From Obrimoposthia wandeli (Eukaryota), in NCBI GenBank assembly GCA_977020255.1, contig CDROCS010001089.1:248001-312000 (forward strand): a DNA stretch of 64,000 nt, written 5' to 3'. Positions 28,700 through 39,071 of this stretch are shown in pieces (position 1 is the first letter of the stretch; every line of letters starts with the position of its first letter). The notes beneath the pieces are model-generated. The model saw nothing but the letters and a program-made list of their open reading frames with translations, made no database searches and was not told the DNA's origin. A program made the position numbers and the translations under genes.

Positions 28700-29122
28700 C
28701 TATTTTTGAACTTCGGTCACTCGACGATTAACTGGGTAGCGTTCAAAGTCTTCCCAGTAGTGAATCCCACCAATCATTTCTTTCACCGCAAAGCCCAAGG
28801 CTGATATTTTTAAACTTGCTTTGGACGCACCATTACAACCTGGCCCCCAGCAATAGACCACAAATAAAGTATCCTGATCGTATTTTGAGAATGATTCACT
28901 ATTAATTTCACTGTGAGGCATACTTACTGCGGTTATTGCATGGCTTTTATCAAAGGCTTCTGCAGAACGCACATCTAATAAAATGTAGTTTTTGTTATCT
29001 GCTTTTATATCAGCGTAGACATCTGAACAATCAGTTTCACAAGCAATTTTTGTTGCAAAGAAGTCGCTTGCTTGTTGAACCGGCGCTGCGGGGTAAGAGA
29101 ATGCATTGGTATTAATGGGCAT
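28700..29122 (-). CDS. rhodanese-like domain protein
   Basis: LLDVRS, VVYCWGPGCNGA, KEMIGGIHYW. Confidence 0.9.
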   Translation of the reverse strand: MPINTNAFSYPAAPVQQASDFFATKIACETDCSDVYADIKADNKNYILLDVRSAEAFDKSHAITAVSMPHSEINSESFSKYDQDTLFVVYCWGPGCNGASKASLKISALGFAVKEMIGGIHYWEDFERYPVNRRVTEVQK

Positions 29123-29653
29123 AAATATTCCTTGTATTAAGAGTTACTCTGGACTGAATCAAATCGTTCGTCTTCGATAAAGCTAATTTACCGCGATTTA
29201 AATAAATCCAAAATTCATCAATACTGAAGGCTGTGTTCGACATAAATGAATGCTGAACAATTAAACTAGTACTACTATATTGGTTGGGTACTTATCAGAA
29301 AATACTGCTCACCACTCAATAACTGGTTGCAATATTTTAAGGTTAGAGTTTTATCTTGGCATTTGTAACCCATAAAGCCTTAACGACAACCGCTTCTTTC
29401 AAAGTGTCGCTAAGCCCATTTTCGATAATAAAAACACATGCATGAAGAACACAATGAATATTTACGTGGTGGTGATCTAAAGTATGTGTATATTAGAGTT
29501 CTTCATCCACAGGCTATCAACAACCTGATGAGGCTATGGCAAGATAACTAGTCACGTAAACTAATTGCAGTATGACTTGAAATCAAGAAATAATGATCCT
29601 ATTATTTCTGCAAAAAAACTTATTAACAGCTACATCGGTGGAAGTGATTAGCC

Positions 29654-31051
29654 ATGAAACTTTCTTCATCCCTTCGATCTAAATTCGCATTGGCGTTAAC
29701 ACTCTCTTGTATCGTCTCAATACTCATTGTTGGACTTGTCGCCATGATGATAAGCGAGAGGCAGTTTAAAGGTATAGCAGATGAGAGGTCTCTTGCAGCA
29801 TTTAAAGGGCATGTTGTTGAGTATTATAGTCAATACAGATTCTCCCCTGACGCTGAAGTTATGATTCATCAGTGGATGCCCATGAGAGGTAGAGGCATAG
29901 AGCGTAGTCAAATAACCATTGATTCCGCCTCTCAGTTTGGCTTACCAGCAGGCCCGCCTAGTGGAGACCGGCCAAAACTAAGGCCTCCTATACCACGTGG
30001 AGGACTACCTGATGGAGGCGGTTCACGAGCAAGACCGCCTAGACCACCCAATGGACCACTAGTTGGAACAGCCCCTCCAGGTCAAAATAGTCACCCTAAG
30101 GATCCTTACATCCTAGTTGCTGCAAATTACTCAGTCTTATTAGGGGCTGGCCTTTATCGAGCGGGCTCAGCTATTAACTTGGATAAAGTTAACGAATTCT
30201 CAGAGATTGAATACCAAGGCGAAATTATTGCCTACGCTTTTCCTAAATCAGCTATTGCTCTGAGCAAACAAGAGGAAAGTTACTTAAATGCGATAGTCAC
30301 ATCTTTGATGTGGGCGGCTATTCCTGCGATTGGATTCGCTTTATTGTTAGCCCTATTTTTAAGTCGCTATTTTAGTAAAAGAATTACGCGGTTATCTGCC
30401 GCGATCAATCAATTAGGCGAAGGCGATTTCCAAAACAAAGTACAACTAGAACATGAAGAAGGCAGCGATGAATTAGGTCTGCTAGCGATAACCTTTAACA
30501 AAATGGCCAATCAGCTTACTTTATCGAATGAGAAAATCATCGCGCAAGCGCAGGCGCTATCCGAACTAAGTAATAGAGATGAATTAACAGGGCTGCATAA
30601 CCGCCGATACGCTAATTCTCAAGCCTCAGATCACGTTGCTCGCGGCGCGCGCTATGGTCGCCCTCTTAGCGTTGCTATGTGCGATATTGATAATTTTAAA
30701 GCGATTAATGATACATATTTTCATGAGATTGGAGATGAAGTATTAAAAGCTATCAGCAAAATTTTCATCTCGAGTTTACGTGAAATCGACGTTATTGCGC
30801 GCTATGGCGGTGAAGAATTTGTCATCATATTTCCTGAAACTACGCATCAAAACGCAGCGATATTAGCTGATAAATTGAGGAAATCTATCGCGCAACATGA
30901 TTGGAACAGTATTGCAGAGGGGCTTGTAGTAACAATTAGTATTGGAATAAGCTCGAATGACTCTCTCGATAAATTCGAGGAAATATTGTCAATCGCTGAT
31001 AAGAACCTTTATAAAGCAAAGCACAGCGGAAAGAATAAGGTCATCGCATAA
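29654..31051 (+). CDS. HAMP-domain diguanylate cyclase with a Pro/Gly-rich periplasmic insert
   Basis: Two TM segments, HAMP (DELGLLAITFNKMA), DELTGLHNRR, REID I-site, YGGEEF. Confidence 0.92.
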   Translation: MKLSSSLRSKFALALTLSCIVSILIVGLVAMMISERQFKGIADERSLAAFKGHVVEYYSQYRFSPDAEVMIHQWMPMRGRGIERSQITIDSASQFGLPAGPPSGDRPKLRPPIPRGGLPDGGGSRARPPRPPNGPLVGTAPPGQNSHPKDPYILVAANYSVLLGAGLYRAGSAINLDKVNEFSEIEYQGEIIAYAFPKSAIALSKQEESYLNAIVTSLMWAAIPAIGFALLLALFLSRYFSKRITRLSAAINQLGEGDFQNKVQLEHEEGSDELGLLAITFNKMANQLTLSNEKIIAQAQALSELSNRDELTGLHNRRYANSQASDHVARGARYGRPLSVAMCDIDNFKAINDTYFHEIGDEVLKAISKIFISSLREIDVIARYGGEEFVIIFPETTHQNAAILADKLRKSIAQHDWNSIAEGLVVTISIGISSNDSLDKFEEILSIADKNLYKAKHSGKNKVIA

Positions 31052-31152
31052 AGTCTTTGTAACCAGCAGCTATTGTCAATTCATGCTGCGCTGATGATTA
31101 AAAATGTAACACATGCTAAAAAACTATAAAACAAACTACACAAGGGGCAGTT

Positions 31153-31355
31153 ATGATTGATTTAAATGGAGCTAAAGTATGGTTCCATTCGACTATCGCG
31201 CCGTTTACAATGAAGGCAATAAACTAGAATAGTTTATGATTGCTTCCATAGACATTACAGATCGTAGATTTGTCGAAATGAAACTTCATAAGATGAATCA
31301 AGAGCTTGAAGATGCAAATAAGCAATTAGAGATAATTAGTCAGAAACAGCTTTAA
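31153..31355 (+). pseudogene. PAS/PAC-coiled-coil remnant of a signalling gene
   Basis: IDLNGAKVWFHSTI / VYNEGNKLE*FMIASIDITDRRFVEMKLHKMNQELEDANKQLE, with a frameshift and internal stop. Confidence 0.55.
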
Positions 31356-31390
31356 CAAGCATAAACAGCTATCGTTAACGAAGACACAAG

Positions 31391-31747
31391 ATGCATATAA
31401 AAACGGCTAATACCATTATCTACTGCCAAAACTGGCAATCTTGCGTTGTTTTTTATCAAGAAAAATTACAGCTACCGGTACTATACGTCAATCAATGGTT
31501 TGTTGAATTTGAGCTTAATAATACCGCTCGTTTAAGTGTTGCGGATGAATCTAGAGCGTCCATAAAAAGTAGTTACGGCAAAGGTATCACGGTTACTCTA
31601 GAAGTCGACGACATTATCGATACACACTCTTATTTGACAGCCGCGGGTGCCCACCCTACCGCTATTAAACAGCACGCTTGGAATGCCAAAGTGATACATA
31701 TTTTTGATCCGGAAGGTAATCGTATTGAGTTTTGGGCAAAAGATTAA
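31391..31747 (+). CDS. VOC/glyoxalase family protein
   Basis: VFYQEKLQL and HAWNAKVIHIFDPEGNRIEFW. Confidence 0.88.
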   Translation: MHIKTANTIIYCQNWQSCVVFYQEKLQLPVLYVNQWFVEFELNNTARLSVADESRASIKSSYGKGITVTLEVDDIIDTHSYLTAAGAHPTAIKQHAWNAKVIHIFDPEGNRIEFWAKD

Positions 31748-31879
31748 CTTGATCATAAGAAAATATAACAAGGTGCCTTAATAGTACGAGACCTCTGCAT
31801 AACTTAGCGAGTGATAATAAGACAAGGCAAAAAATCGGTGAAATAGCACCGTCAGTGTGCCCTTGTTTATGGGTATTAC

Positions 31880-32075
31880 TACTGTAAATGAGCATTTCGA
31901 GTCGATTTTTAACGCCGTATTGTTGAGCGCAGTTATCATGCCCCTTAGGGTAAGATAAGCTGAGTTCTCTGTACATAAGATTTAATAAATGACGACATAG
32001 CTAAAGCCCTTATTATTCGCTAAGCATGCTACCGTTCAGCACTCACAGCGAGAAAGTGCTTTTACCAAGTCCACG
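31880..32075 (-). pseudogene. possible LuxR-type HTH remnant
   Basis: ALSRCEC*TVACLANNKG and, in another frame, KGHDNCAQQYGVKNRLEML loosely follow the LuxR HTH consensus. Confidence 0.35.
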
Positions 32076-32152
32076 ATACCACTGCTGTGTAATTAATTTC
32101 ATATTTAAGACTTGATCGCATGTTCCTTAGTAACTTACACACATTAAGTCAA

Positions 32153-32168
32153 TGGCATAATACCTGCC
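32153..32168 (+). promoter_or_regulatory. sigma-54 (-24/-12) promoter candidate
   Basis: TGGCATA-ATAC-CTGCC with GG and GC 12 bp apart, 37 bp before the ATG at 32205. Confidence 0.55.
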
Positions 32169-32204
32169 TTTTCAAACATTAATTATTTTTAATAAGGTAA
32201 TGAA

Positions 32205-32639
32205 ATGCAAATTAACAGCACTACATCTAGCTTAGCCTTTGATAACCAACTGAAAAACACTCAAGCCAACGGCAATATATTGCCACAAGTACAAGCTTCT
32301 AATAGAACGAACAGCTCTTTTTCGCAATATGATTTGCATAGCATTTCCCCTAAAGAGATAGACAGCTTAGCCTCTAAGTTAAGAAAGAGCGGAGACTTTG
32401 ATGTTAAAAGCATATTGATGTTAGAAGCTCATGGTGAAAGATTTCAGTCACACTTAAGTGCCAATGCAAATAGGGAGTTTGACGCAAGCAAAAAAAGCGA
32501 TCTTATAGGCTCAATAGAGCACAATATCGAAATGAGTCAGCGCAGGAATGACCCAACTGATTTGGCTGAAGGCCTGCTAAAGCTTTTGCAACAAATTGAC
32601 GCAACTCGGTCTATACCAAGTGAAGGTTTGTTTGCCTGA
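32205..32639 (+). CDS. hypothetical protein with S/T/N/Q-rich N-terminus
   Basis: 144-aa ORF, RBS AAGG, YDLHSISPKEIDSLASKL helical motif. Confidence 0.75.
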   Translation: MQINSTTSSLAFDNQLKNTQANGNILPQVQASNRTNSSFSQYDLHSISPKEIDSLASKLRKSGDFDVKSILMLEAHGERFQSHLSANANREFDASKKSDLIGSIEHNIEMSQRRNDPTDLAEGLLKLLQQIDATRSIPSEGLFA

Positions 32640-32808
32640 GAACACAAGTGCTTTTAACCAGCCTTGTGACCACATTGTGCCTGCTGCGGTAGATGGAATT
32701 CAAAAATATAAAACCGCGCCTGTGGCGCAGGTGAATGTAATACTAAACATTTAGCGTATAAACGCTTCAAGTAACAAATATTTATAGAGTTGTGTTTATA
32801 TATAATCT

Positions 32809-32824
32809 TGGCACGAAAACTGCT
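32809..32824 (+). promoter_or_regulatory. sigma-54 (-24/-12) promoter
   Basis: TGGCACG-AAAA-CTGCT, a near-consensus match. Confidence 0.7.
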
Positions 32825-32890
32825 TTGCAGATTGCTTTAACATAGCTAAAAGCTCCCTATGTTTTTTTGAGCACAATACGGAAGTCTGCC

Positions 32891-33544
32891 ATGCAAATAC
32901 TATCAAGTTACCCTACAAATACAGCAGTAGTAGAGAAAGACACGAATAAAATAGAAGCTGCAAATAAAACTGAAAACCAAAATACAGAAAATAAAACTTC
33001 TGACACTTCAGATACAAAAAAAACATTCAGCACAAGAGCAGAAAAATTCTCTCAACTAAATAAAGAGTTTGATATCACAGCAGGTAATTTCAAAATTACC
33101 GATAAGTTTATTAATCGCCTAGAAGAGTTAAATTTATTAACCCGCGCAGAAGCCGAAAAACTGAGTGTAGACTTACAACCAGAAACTAAAGAAACGGCAA
33201 GTTTGAGCCAGCTCGATACAAAAATTAACGCATTAGTAAAACGAGTAAAGGATGAGCCAGGAGTCGATAGTTTAATCACTATTTTAGAAAAATCTCAGAA
33301 AATACTTAATAACTTAGATGGGTCGAAAGATAAAAGCTTTCCGATAGATCCATCCACGGCGGCAGCTGAGCTCGATCAGTTTTTGAAAAGTGACAAATCA
33401 AGTATGCTCACTAGTGAAGAAAAGGATACCGTAGGTGATTTACGCATAGCCTTATCTATAGCCGATAAATTGAACCCTGAACAGCGCACTTCTGCTGAAG
33501 TAAGCAAATACATGGAAATTTTAAATCAATATCGCTATACCTAA
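32891..33544 (+). CDS. hypothetical protein with T/N/K-rich disordered N-terminus
   Basis: ORF from the ATG at 32891 (MQILSSYPTNT...); helical C-terminal part. Confidence 0.75.
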   Translation: MQILSSYPTNTAVVEKDTNKIEAANKTENQNTENKTSDTSDTKKTFSTRAEKFSQLNKEFDITAGNFKITDKFINRLEELNLLTRAEAEKLSVDLQPETKETASLSQLDTKINALVKRVKDEPGVDSLITILEKSQKILNNLDGSKDKSFPIDPSTAAAELDQFLKSDKSSMLTSEEKDTVGDLRIALSIADKLNPEQRTSAEVSKYMEILNQYRYT

Positions 33545-34077
33545 ACATTTAGTAAACTCATCTAAGTTTTGGTCAAAGCTTGTAGAGCCCTTGAAAATAG
33601 GGCTAGCCACTACCTGTAACGTTAATTGTTTCTTTTATAAAAACAGTACTAACTACGCTAGCTATTTAATTGACAATGATCGACAAAGCAGCAGCGATTA
33701 CTGACGAAGCTAACCCAGAAAACTGTAATAAAGCGACAGTGGTTTAGTGTATTAATCTCAGATATACAAATAGGATTAAACACTACTTCCAATGCTTAGC
33801 TAACGGCTTGTGACCATTTTATTCAGCAAAAAGCGCACAATTGCTAGTTGTTCATTAAAACCTATAATGTTCAACTGCAGCACATCTTCGAAATTTCCCA
33901 TCTCAACCCTGCTCTCCAAATATCCCTATCTTCGATCACGTTGCGCTCAATACTCGAAAGTGCGAGATTTGCCTGCTACAACTGCAGTATAGGTAGCAGC
34001 TTTGGGCAGTAAGGGCTATACCAGAATGTTTTGCTCATTTTTTTTGCCCATATAAAAAACTAATTAGGAAAGGAAAA

Positions 34078-34977
34078 CTAAGTACATAGCTGAGTTAGTG
34101 CTTTAGTGATTTTCAGCTTTAGTTGTATAGCTGCTTTCGACAAAGGGCGGTTATTGGAGCTAATGAGTTTAATAGGCTCAAAAATATTAGGTGTAAGGGG
34201 TCGATACACGATATTCTCTCTAGGTTCCATGGTCCTTATGTGTTGCAAATTTATAGCATCGATTATAGTGACTCCACATTTTTGCTCAACAAAGGCTAAT
34301 GCGTTTAAGCTGCCATTTACTTCAATTCTAGGATTAAAAGTTCTACCATCTGCTATATAGCAGGCTTTAAGTGCCTGATATGTTTCGGAAGCGGGGCTGA
34401 AAGTAATCCATTCGTCACTGCTGAATGAGCTTACGGCTAGTACTTGATTTATTGCGGCTTTATGCTCGCGGTGAATTGCGCAGTAGCAAGGTAAGCTAAA
34501 TTCGATCATATCATAGCTGCCTTCATCATAGCTTTTATCGACTAACCCCAATTCGAATTGGCCAGACGCAACGCCTTCACAAACCAAACCAGAACTCATT
34601 ACTTGCAAACTTAGCTCTAGTTCACTGTAATCGCGCAGATAGGTACTGATTAACTTTGGTAAGAGACTGTGCGCTGGAGCAAAAATACTCGCGATTTTTA
34701 ACTTCCCTAAATGACCATCTCTAGCTTTTGTAAAACTGTCTTGTAAGCGGGTCATTCCCTGCAGCACTTCTATCGTTTCTCGGTGCAGATAGATGGCTTC
34801 GGGAGTTGGGTTAAGGCGACCGTTTGAGCGAAAGAATAATCGGTACCCAATTAACTGTTCTAGAACATTTAACATCTTACTCGCTGCAGGTTGGCTAAAA
34901 TTGAGACGCTCTGCTGCCTGAGATATTTTCCCAGTAATCATCACCTCGTGGAAAAGACGTAATTGTTTAATGTTCAT
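34078..34977 (-). CDS. LysR family regulator
   Basis: MNIKQLRLF...GKISQAAERLNFSQPAASK HTH; divergent from the oxidoreductase. Confidence 0.93.
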   Translation of the reverse strand: MNIKQLRLFHEVMITGKISQAAERLNFSQPAASKMLNVLEQLIGYRLFFRSNGRLNPTPEAIYLHRETIEVLQGMTRLQDSFTKARDGHLGKLKIASIFAPAHSLLPKLISTYLRDYSELELSLQVMSSGLVCEGVASGQFELGLVDKSYDEGSYDMIEFSLPCYCAIHREHKAAINQVLAVSSFSSDEWITFSPASETYQALKACYIADGRTFNPRIEVNGSLNALAFVEQKCGVTIIDAINLQHIRTMEPRENIVYRPLTPNIFEPIKLISSNNRPLSKAAIQLKLKITKALTQLCT

Positions 34978-35133
34978 ATCAGCTCTTACTCTTATGGTTA
35001 TTATAATCACATACAGCCATAACTATTGGTTATGAAAACATAATAAATATTCACTATTATAACAAGTGAATTTCCCTATAATCTATTTAATCAACGAGTA
35101 AGTCCTAACTGGTCACTTTCAAGGGGAAAACCG

Positions 35134-36429
35134 ATGAACACAAACCCTAGCTTTTCTAACACACCTTATTGGCATTTTGACGTAGACTTGAATGTTGATA
35201 CCACGCCATTAGAGCAACTTCCCGCTAATATTGAAGTACTAATTGTTGGTTCGGGTTTTACCGCATTATCAGCGGCACTAACTCTCTCCAGAGCAGGGAA
35301 ATCGGTGGCTATTGTCGAATCTCAGGGGATTGCAAGCGGTGCCAGCTCTCGTAATGGTGGCTTATTAGGGCCCAGTTTTCACAAGTTGGGGTTACAAGGC
35401 TTAGTTAAGAAGTATGGCCAGGAAACCGCTGATGAGCTATTGAAAGAGAGCTTAAAGGGTTACGACTGGTTATTAGACTTCATTGAAACAGAAAAAATTG
35501 AATGTGATTTAGATCACTGTGGTCGTTTTCGCGGCGCTCTTCGCCCTAGCCACTTTAAAAGTTTAGTTGGACAAGCTCAGTCTCTAGCAGAGAAGCTTGA
35601 TTACCCCGTGAAAATCATTGAAAAATCTGCACAATATACAGAAGTAGGGTCAACTAAATATCACGGTGGAGTCGTCTACACTAAGGATGCTTCGTTACAC
35701 CCTGCCAAGTTAGTAAAAGGCCTAATCAACCTTTGTCAACAACAAGGAGTCAAGCTTTTCGCTCAATCAACAGTTACTAACATTACGCAAAATTCTAGCG
35801 GTTTTATAGTGGAGGTCGATAAACAAAAGATTCAGGCGGCAACAGTGCTTATCGCCACTAATGGATACACTGGAAATATTACACAGCAATTAAAAAAGCG
35901 AATTTTGCCGATCCGTTCATCAATGATAGCGACCGAACCTCTCACTCCAGAGTTTATGAGAAGCATTTCTCCAAAATTACGCACTCATGGAGGGACTGAT
36001 CGCCTAGTATTTTACTATCGACCTACACCTGACGGTAAACGTTTTTTATTCGGAGGAAGGGCACTGTCATACCAAGAAAAACCTCACGAGTATTACAATT
36101 TTTTGCGTCAGAATATGTGCTCTCTCTTTCCCCAATTACAAGAGACAACCATCACCCATGCCTGGTCTGGCCTGGTTGCTTATAGTTTTGATCATATACC
36201 GCATCTAGGTGTTCAAAACGGAATGTACTATGCTATGGCTTATTGCGGGTCAGGGGTAGCACGGGCCAATTATTTAGGCCATCAAATAGCTCAGAAAATG
36301 CTCGGCAGAGGAGGCGAAACTAGCTTTGATCAATTTGACTTCCCCAATCAAGCGTTATACAACGGAAACCCTTGGTTTATGCCGACGCTTTTACGCTGGA
36401 ATAGCTTTGCAGATCGCTGGGGTTTTTAA
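35134..36429 (+). CDS. FAD-dependent oxidoreductase (DadA/PuuB-like)
   Basis: IVGSGFTALSAA, GASSRNGG, YCGSGV. Confidence 0.92.
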   Translation: MNTNPSFSNTPYWHFDVDLNVDTTPLEQLPANIEVLIVGSGFTALSAALTLSRAGKSVAIVESQGIASGASSRNGGLLGPSFHKLGLQGLVKKYGQETADELLKESLKGYDWLLDFIETEKIECDLDHCGRFRGALRPSHFKSLVGQAQSLAEKLDYPVKIIEKSAQYTEVGSTKYHGGVVYTKDASLHPAKLVKGLINLCQQQGVKLFAQSTVTNITQNSSGFIVEVDKQKIQAATVLIATNGYTGNITQQLKKRILPIRSSMIATEPLTPEFMRSISPKLRTHGGTDRLVFYYRPTPDGKRFLFGGRALSYQEKPHEYYNFLRQNMCSLFPQLQETTITHAWSGLVAYSFDHIPHLGVQNGMYYAMAYCGSGVARANYLGHQIAQKMLGRGGETSFDQFDFPNQALYNGNPWFMPTLLRWNSFADRWGF

Positions 36430-37117
36430 ATGGCTAAAATAGGTATTTGTGTTCAACTGTGGTCACGAAGCATAGCATCTACCTATCGTTAGCGGGTGAC
36501 TCGCGCGCTTTATATTAATGGTTTGGATATACCCGCTAAGGTCTAATCTATCAGCGATTTCGATGCAAATCTTCTTTTGGAATGAGCGCTCCAAAAGAAA
36601 AAAGGCTTATCTTTTCCTGCAAAGCGAACTTGTGAAAAGACAGTACCTAGACGATAGGTGAAATTGCTAAACGTTCCAGAGTCATCATTTTTACTATTCG
36701 ATGATGGCCCCCAAAGAAAAAAGCAAATCGCCCTTGTATGAATTTACTCTATCAGCAGGGAGCGATAGCTCGTTAAAATATAGAAAATTATATCGATCTC
36801 AACTTATTAGCCGCGAATAAGATTACCTGCCTCAGTAACTGGCGTTGTAGCTGAAAAATTACATTTTAACCAAACGGAGCAAATTCACGAATCATTTATT
36901 AACTACTACGCTGGAAAGGGAAACAAATTAATATTAGTAGAAGCTAAACGCGAACTGCATAAAATCAAACATGATTCACCTTTTTAAACTATTCAAGACC
37001 CATTGAATATTCAAGTGGCGTAAGCCAAAAGTAAGTTTATAATTCCCGCCTGTAGCTCAGATGGATGGAATTGTGAGTCACGAAGAAAACAGATAGGGGT
37101 AATAATAAAAAATAAGG

Positions 37118-37150
37118 AGTGGTGCACCTAAAGGGGTTCAAACCCCGACC
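37118..37150 (-). repeat. degenerate copy of the tRNA-Arg 3' end (old att site)
   Basis: AGTGGTGCACCTAAAGGGGTTCAAACCCCGACC versus AGTGGTGCGCCTGGAGGGATTCGAACCCCCGACC at 42820-42853. Confidence 0.6.
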
Positions 37151-37273
37151 TAGACGCAGACTATAGGAAGTATCATGTTGCCACTTCTGATGTAGGGAGC
37201 TTAATTATTCAAGAAGTTTAACTCTATGCAGATCATGCCCACCTCACTAACACAACGATAAAATACTCTTAGA

Positions 37274-37918
37274 TCATTCAGAAGCGAAACACATAAATAA
37301 ACCAGCGCCACCGGTTTTGGTTAACGCATCTGGTGAGCAACCACGTGTATTATGAGCGGCATTCCAAGAAGTATTACCTCCGCCGTGCCGATCGTGATGA
37401 CCTACTGTTGCGCTTCCCGTTGTGGAGCTTGTCCAATTACTACAAGTATTGTCTGCTTCTTCTCTAGGGAAGTAAGCTGTCCCGTCTGACATTGATCCTG
37501 TCAGAAGATCATGACGATTTGGTTTATCCCCGCGCCCATTCACCAATGCTCCATTTTCATCTAATGCCGTTGTCTTAATGATATTAGGCATTAGATGCAG
37601 TTCATCTAAATCAGCAGCAATCAGCACGCCTTTTGCATTGTGCCATGGGCCACTCCCAATACGATCACGTGCAGAGATTCCACGTTTGCCTTTTTCCTGT
37701 GTACTTAAATAAGCATGCCAAGTTTTGCCTGTGACTCCTGCCGCTTTTGCAAGTGTTTTACAATGTGCGTCAGCCCCCTCTAAACCTCCTAAGTCGCCAC
37801 CTGTCCCTGTCCCTACGCTAGTAACAAAAAAACTCATGGAATGATCTTCTGCGGCGTAAATTGATTGCGACAACGAAGCAACAGATAAACTCAGAACAAG
37901 TATGTTTGAAAATTTCAT
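37274..37918 (-). CDS. secreted lectin-like (C-type lectin/endostatin-like fold) protein
   Basis: Signal peptide; SFFVTS, LGGLEGADAHC, ARDRIGSGPW, CSNWTS, GGAGLFMCFA. RBS GAGGTAGG before the ATG at 37918. Confidence 0.8.
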   Translation of the reverse strand: MKFSNILVLSLSVASLSQSIYAAEDHSMSFFVTSVGTGTGGDLGGLEGADAHCKTLAKAAGVTGKTWHAYLSTQEKGKRGISARDRIGSGPWHNAKGVLIAADLDELHLMPNIIKTTALDENGALVNGRGDKPNRHDLLTGSMSDGTAYFPREEADNTCSNWTSSTTGSATVGHHDRHGGGNTSWNAAHNTRGCSPDALTKTGGAGLFMCFASE

Positions 37919-38130
37919 AAACCCTACCTCTTTATTTTTTAAGGAAAATATCAAAATTTGTTTCAAGGAGGCTTATCATACGTCTAATTTTGTGTATTTA
38001 ATCCTGCCCATCAGCGCTTTTTCATCGATGCTATTCAAGTGGAAATTAGAATTTAATTACTGTATTATTTTTTTCAAAGTATTCAAATAGATAGTCGTAA
38101 TTATACGTTCAAGAAGCATGAGTGTATTAC

Positions 38131-38979
38131 ATGAATAATACAAGTTTAAAACTAAGTCAGCACAGATCCGAAGAGGTTTTCGTGCTGGCTATGTCGTTAT
38201 TGCTAGCTTGGCTGTTAGCTGCCCATCAAGGCACTCAATTCCAAGGCTATAATGTATTCAGCACTTACCTGTACTGGACATGTCGAGTGCTAATTGAACT
38301 GGCGATGTTTATTACGGTATTTATTGCACTCGAAAAGTACCTGACCAAATATCTATCCGTTTGGTTTCATTTTGGGTTGGCAATATTATGTAGCTTAATT
38401 CCGTTTACACTACTTATAACAGCTTTGGATTTAATCATTGGACTACCAGAATTAGGACTTAACGGAGCATCCTATATTGCCACTTCTAGGGCTAGGGAAT
38501 TTGGATTTGAGCTGTTTTTTTTGCTCGATAATCATATTCTTTTCTGTTTACTTATCTCCCTCCCTCGTATTCTGCTACTGCTATCTGGGCATGCTAATGG
38601 TAAAGAACAGCGATATGAAGCAACGAAAGATTCTACACAGGCGGGAGTAAAAGGTGCTCATTACCCAGACACATTTTTTGATACTTTAGTACCTCGTCTA
38701 ACAGGCAATCTCTGCTGTATGGAAGCACAAGAGCATTACATTCAAATTATCAGTTCAGAAGAATCACGTATGGTATTACATCGATTTTCAGATGCTGTAC
38801 GTTTAATGCCGGTATCTTTAGGTATGCAAGTGCACCGTTCACATTGGATCGCACACTCAGCTGTACAAGAAGTAATGGTTGAAGGACAAAGTATGAAACT
38901 AAAACTATCCTGCGGAAAGCTGGTTCCAGTAAGCCGTACTTTCCGTGCTACTGTCGAGAAGAGGTATGTTAACCAATAA
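38131..38979 (+). CDS. membrane-anchored LytTR family regulator
   Basis: About four TM segments, then EAQEHYIQI, GMQVHRSHWIA, VPVSRTF. Confidence 0.88.
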   Translation: MNNTSLKLSQHRSEEVFVLAMSLLLAWLLAAHQGTQFQGYNVFSTYLYWTCRVLIELAMFITVFIALEKYLTKYLSVWFHFGLAILCSLIPFTLLITALDLIIGLPELGLNGASYIATSRAREFGFELFFLLDNHILFCLLISLPRILLLLSGHANGKEQRYEATKDSTQAGVKGAHYPDTFFDTLVPRLTGNLCCMEAQEHYIQIISSEESRMVLHRFSDAVRLMPVSLGMQVHRSHWIAHSAVQEVMVEGQSMKLKLSCGKLVPVSRTFRATVEKRYVNQ

Positions 38980-39045
38980 GTAAGAGAACTCCTCTGTGTG
39001 ACCACATTGTGCCTTCTGCTGTATACGACATTCAAAAACGCAAAA

Positions 39046-39071
39046 GTGCGCCTGGAGGGATTCGAACCCCC
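39046..39071 (-). repeat. exact 26-bp copy of the tRNA-Arg 3' end (att site)
   Basis: GTGCGCCTGGAGGGATTCGAACCCCC identical to 42824-42849. Confidence 0.9.

Noticed and set aside
31665-31976. 103-aa minus-strand ORF as a functional gene
   Set aside because: Overlaps the convergent VOC gene; only its first 30 residues resemble a LuxR tail, so it is treated as a weak remnant.
33780-34040. Stop-riddled minus-strand stretch (…VEMGNFEDVLQLNIIG…) and the + strand 60-aa ORF 33810-33992
   Set aside because: Looks like decayed coding DNA but no family could be assigned.
36500-36990. Two startless open stretches on opposite strands (…FSNFTYRLGTVFSQVRF… and …LPASVTGVVAEKLHF…)
   Set aside because: No start codon or recognisable motif; possible remnants but not supportable.
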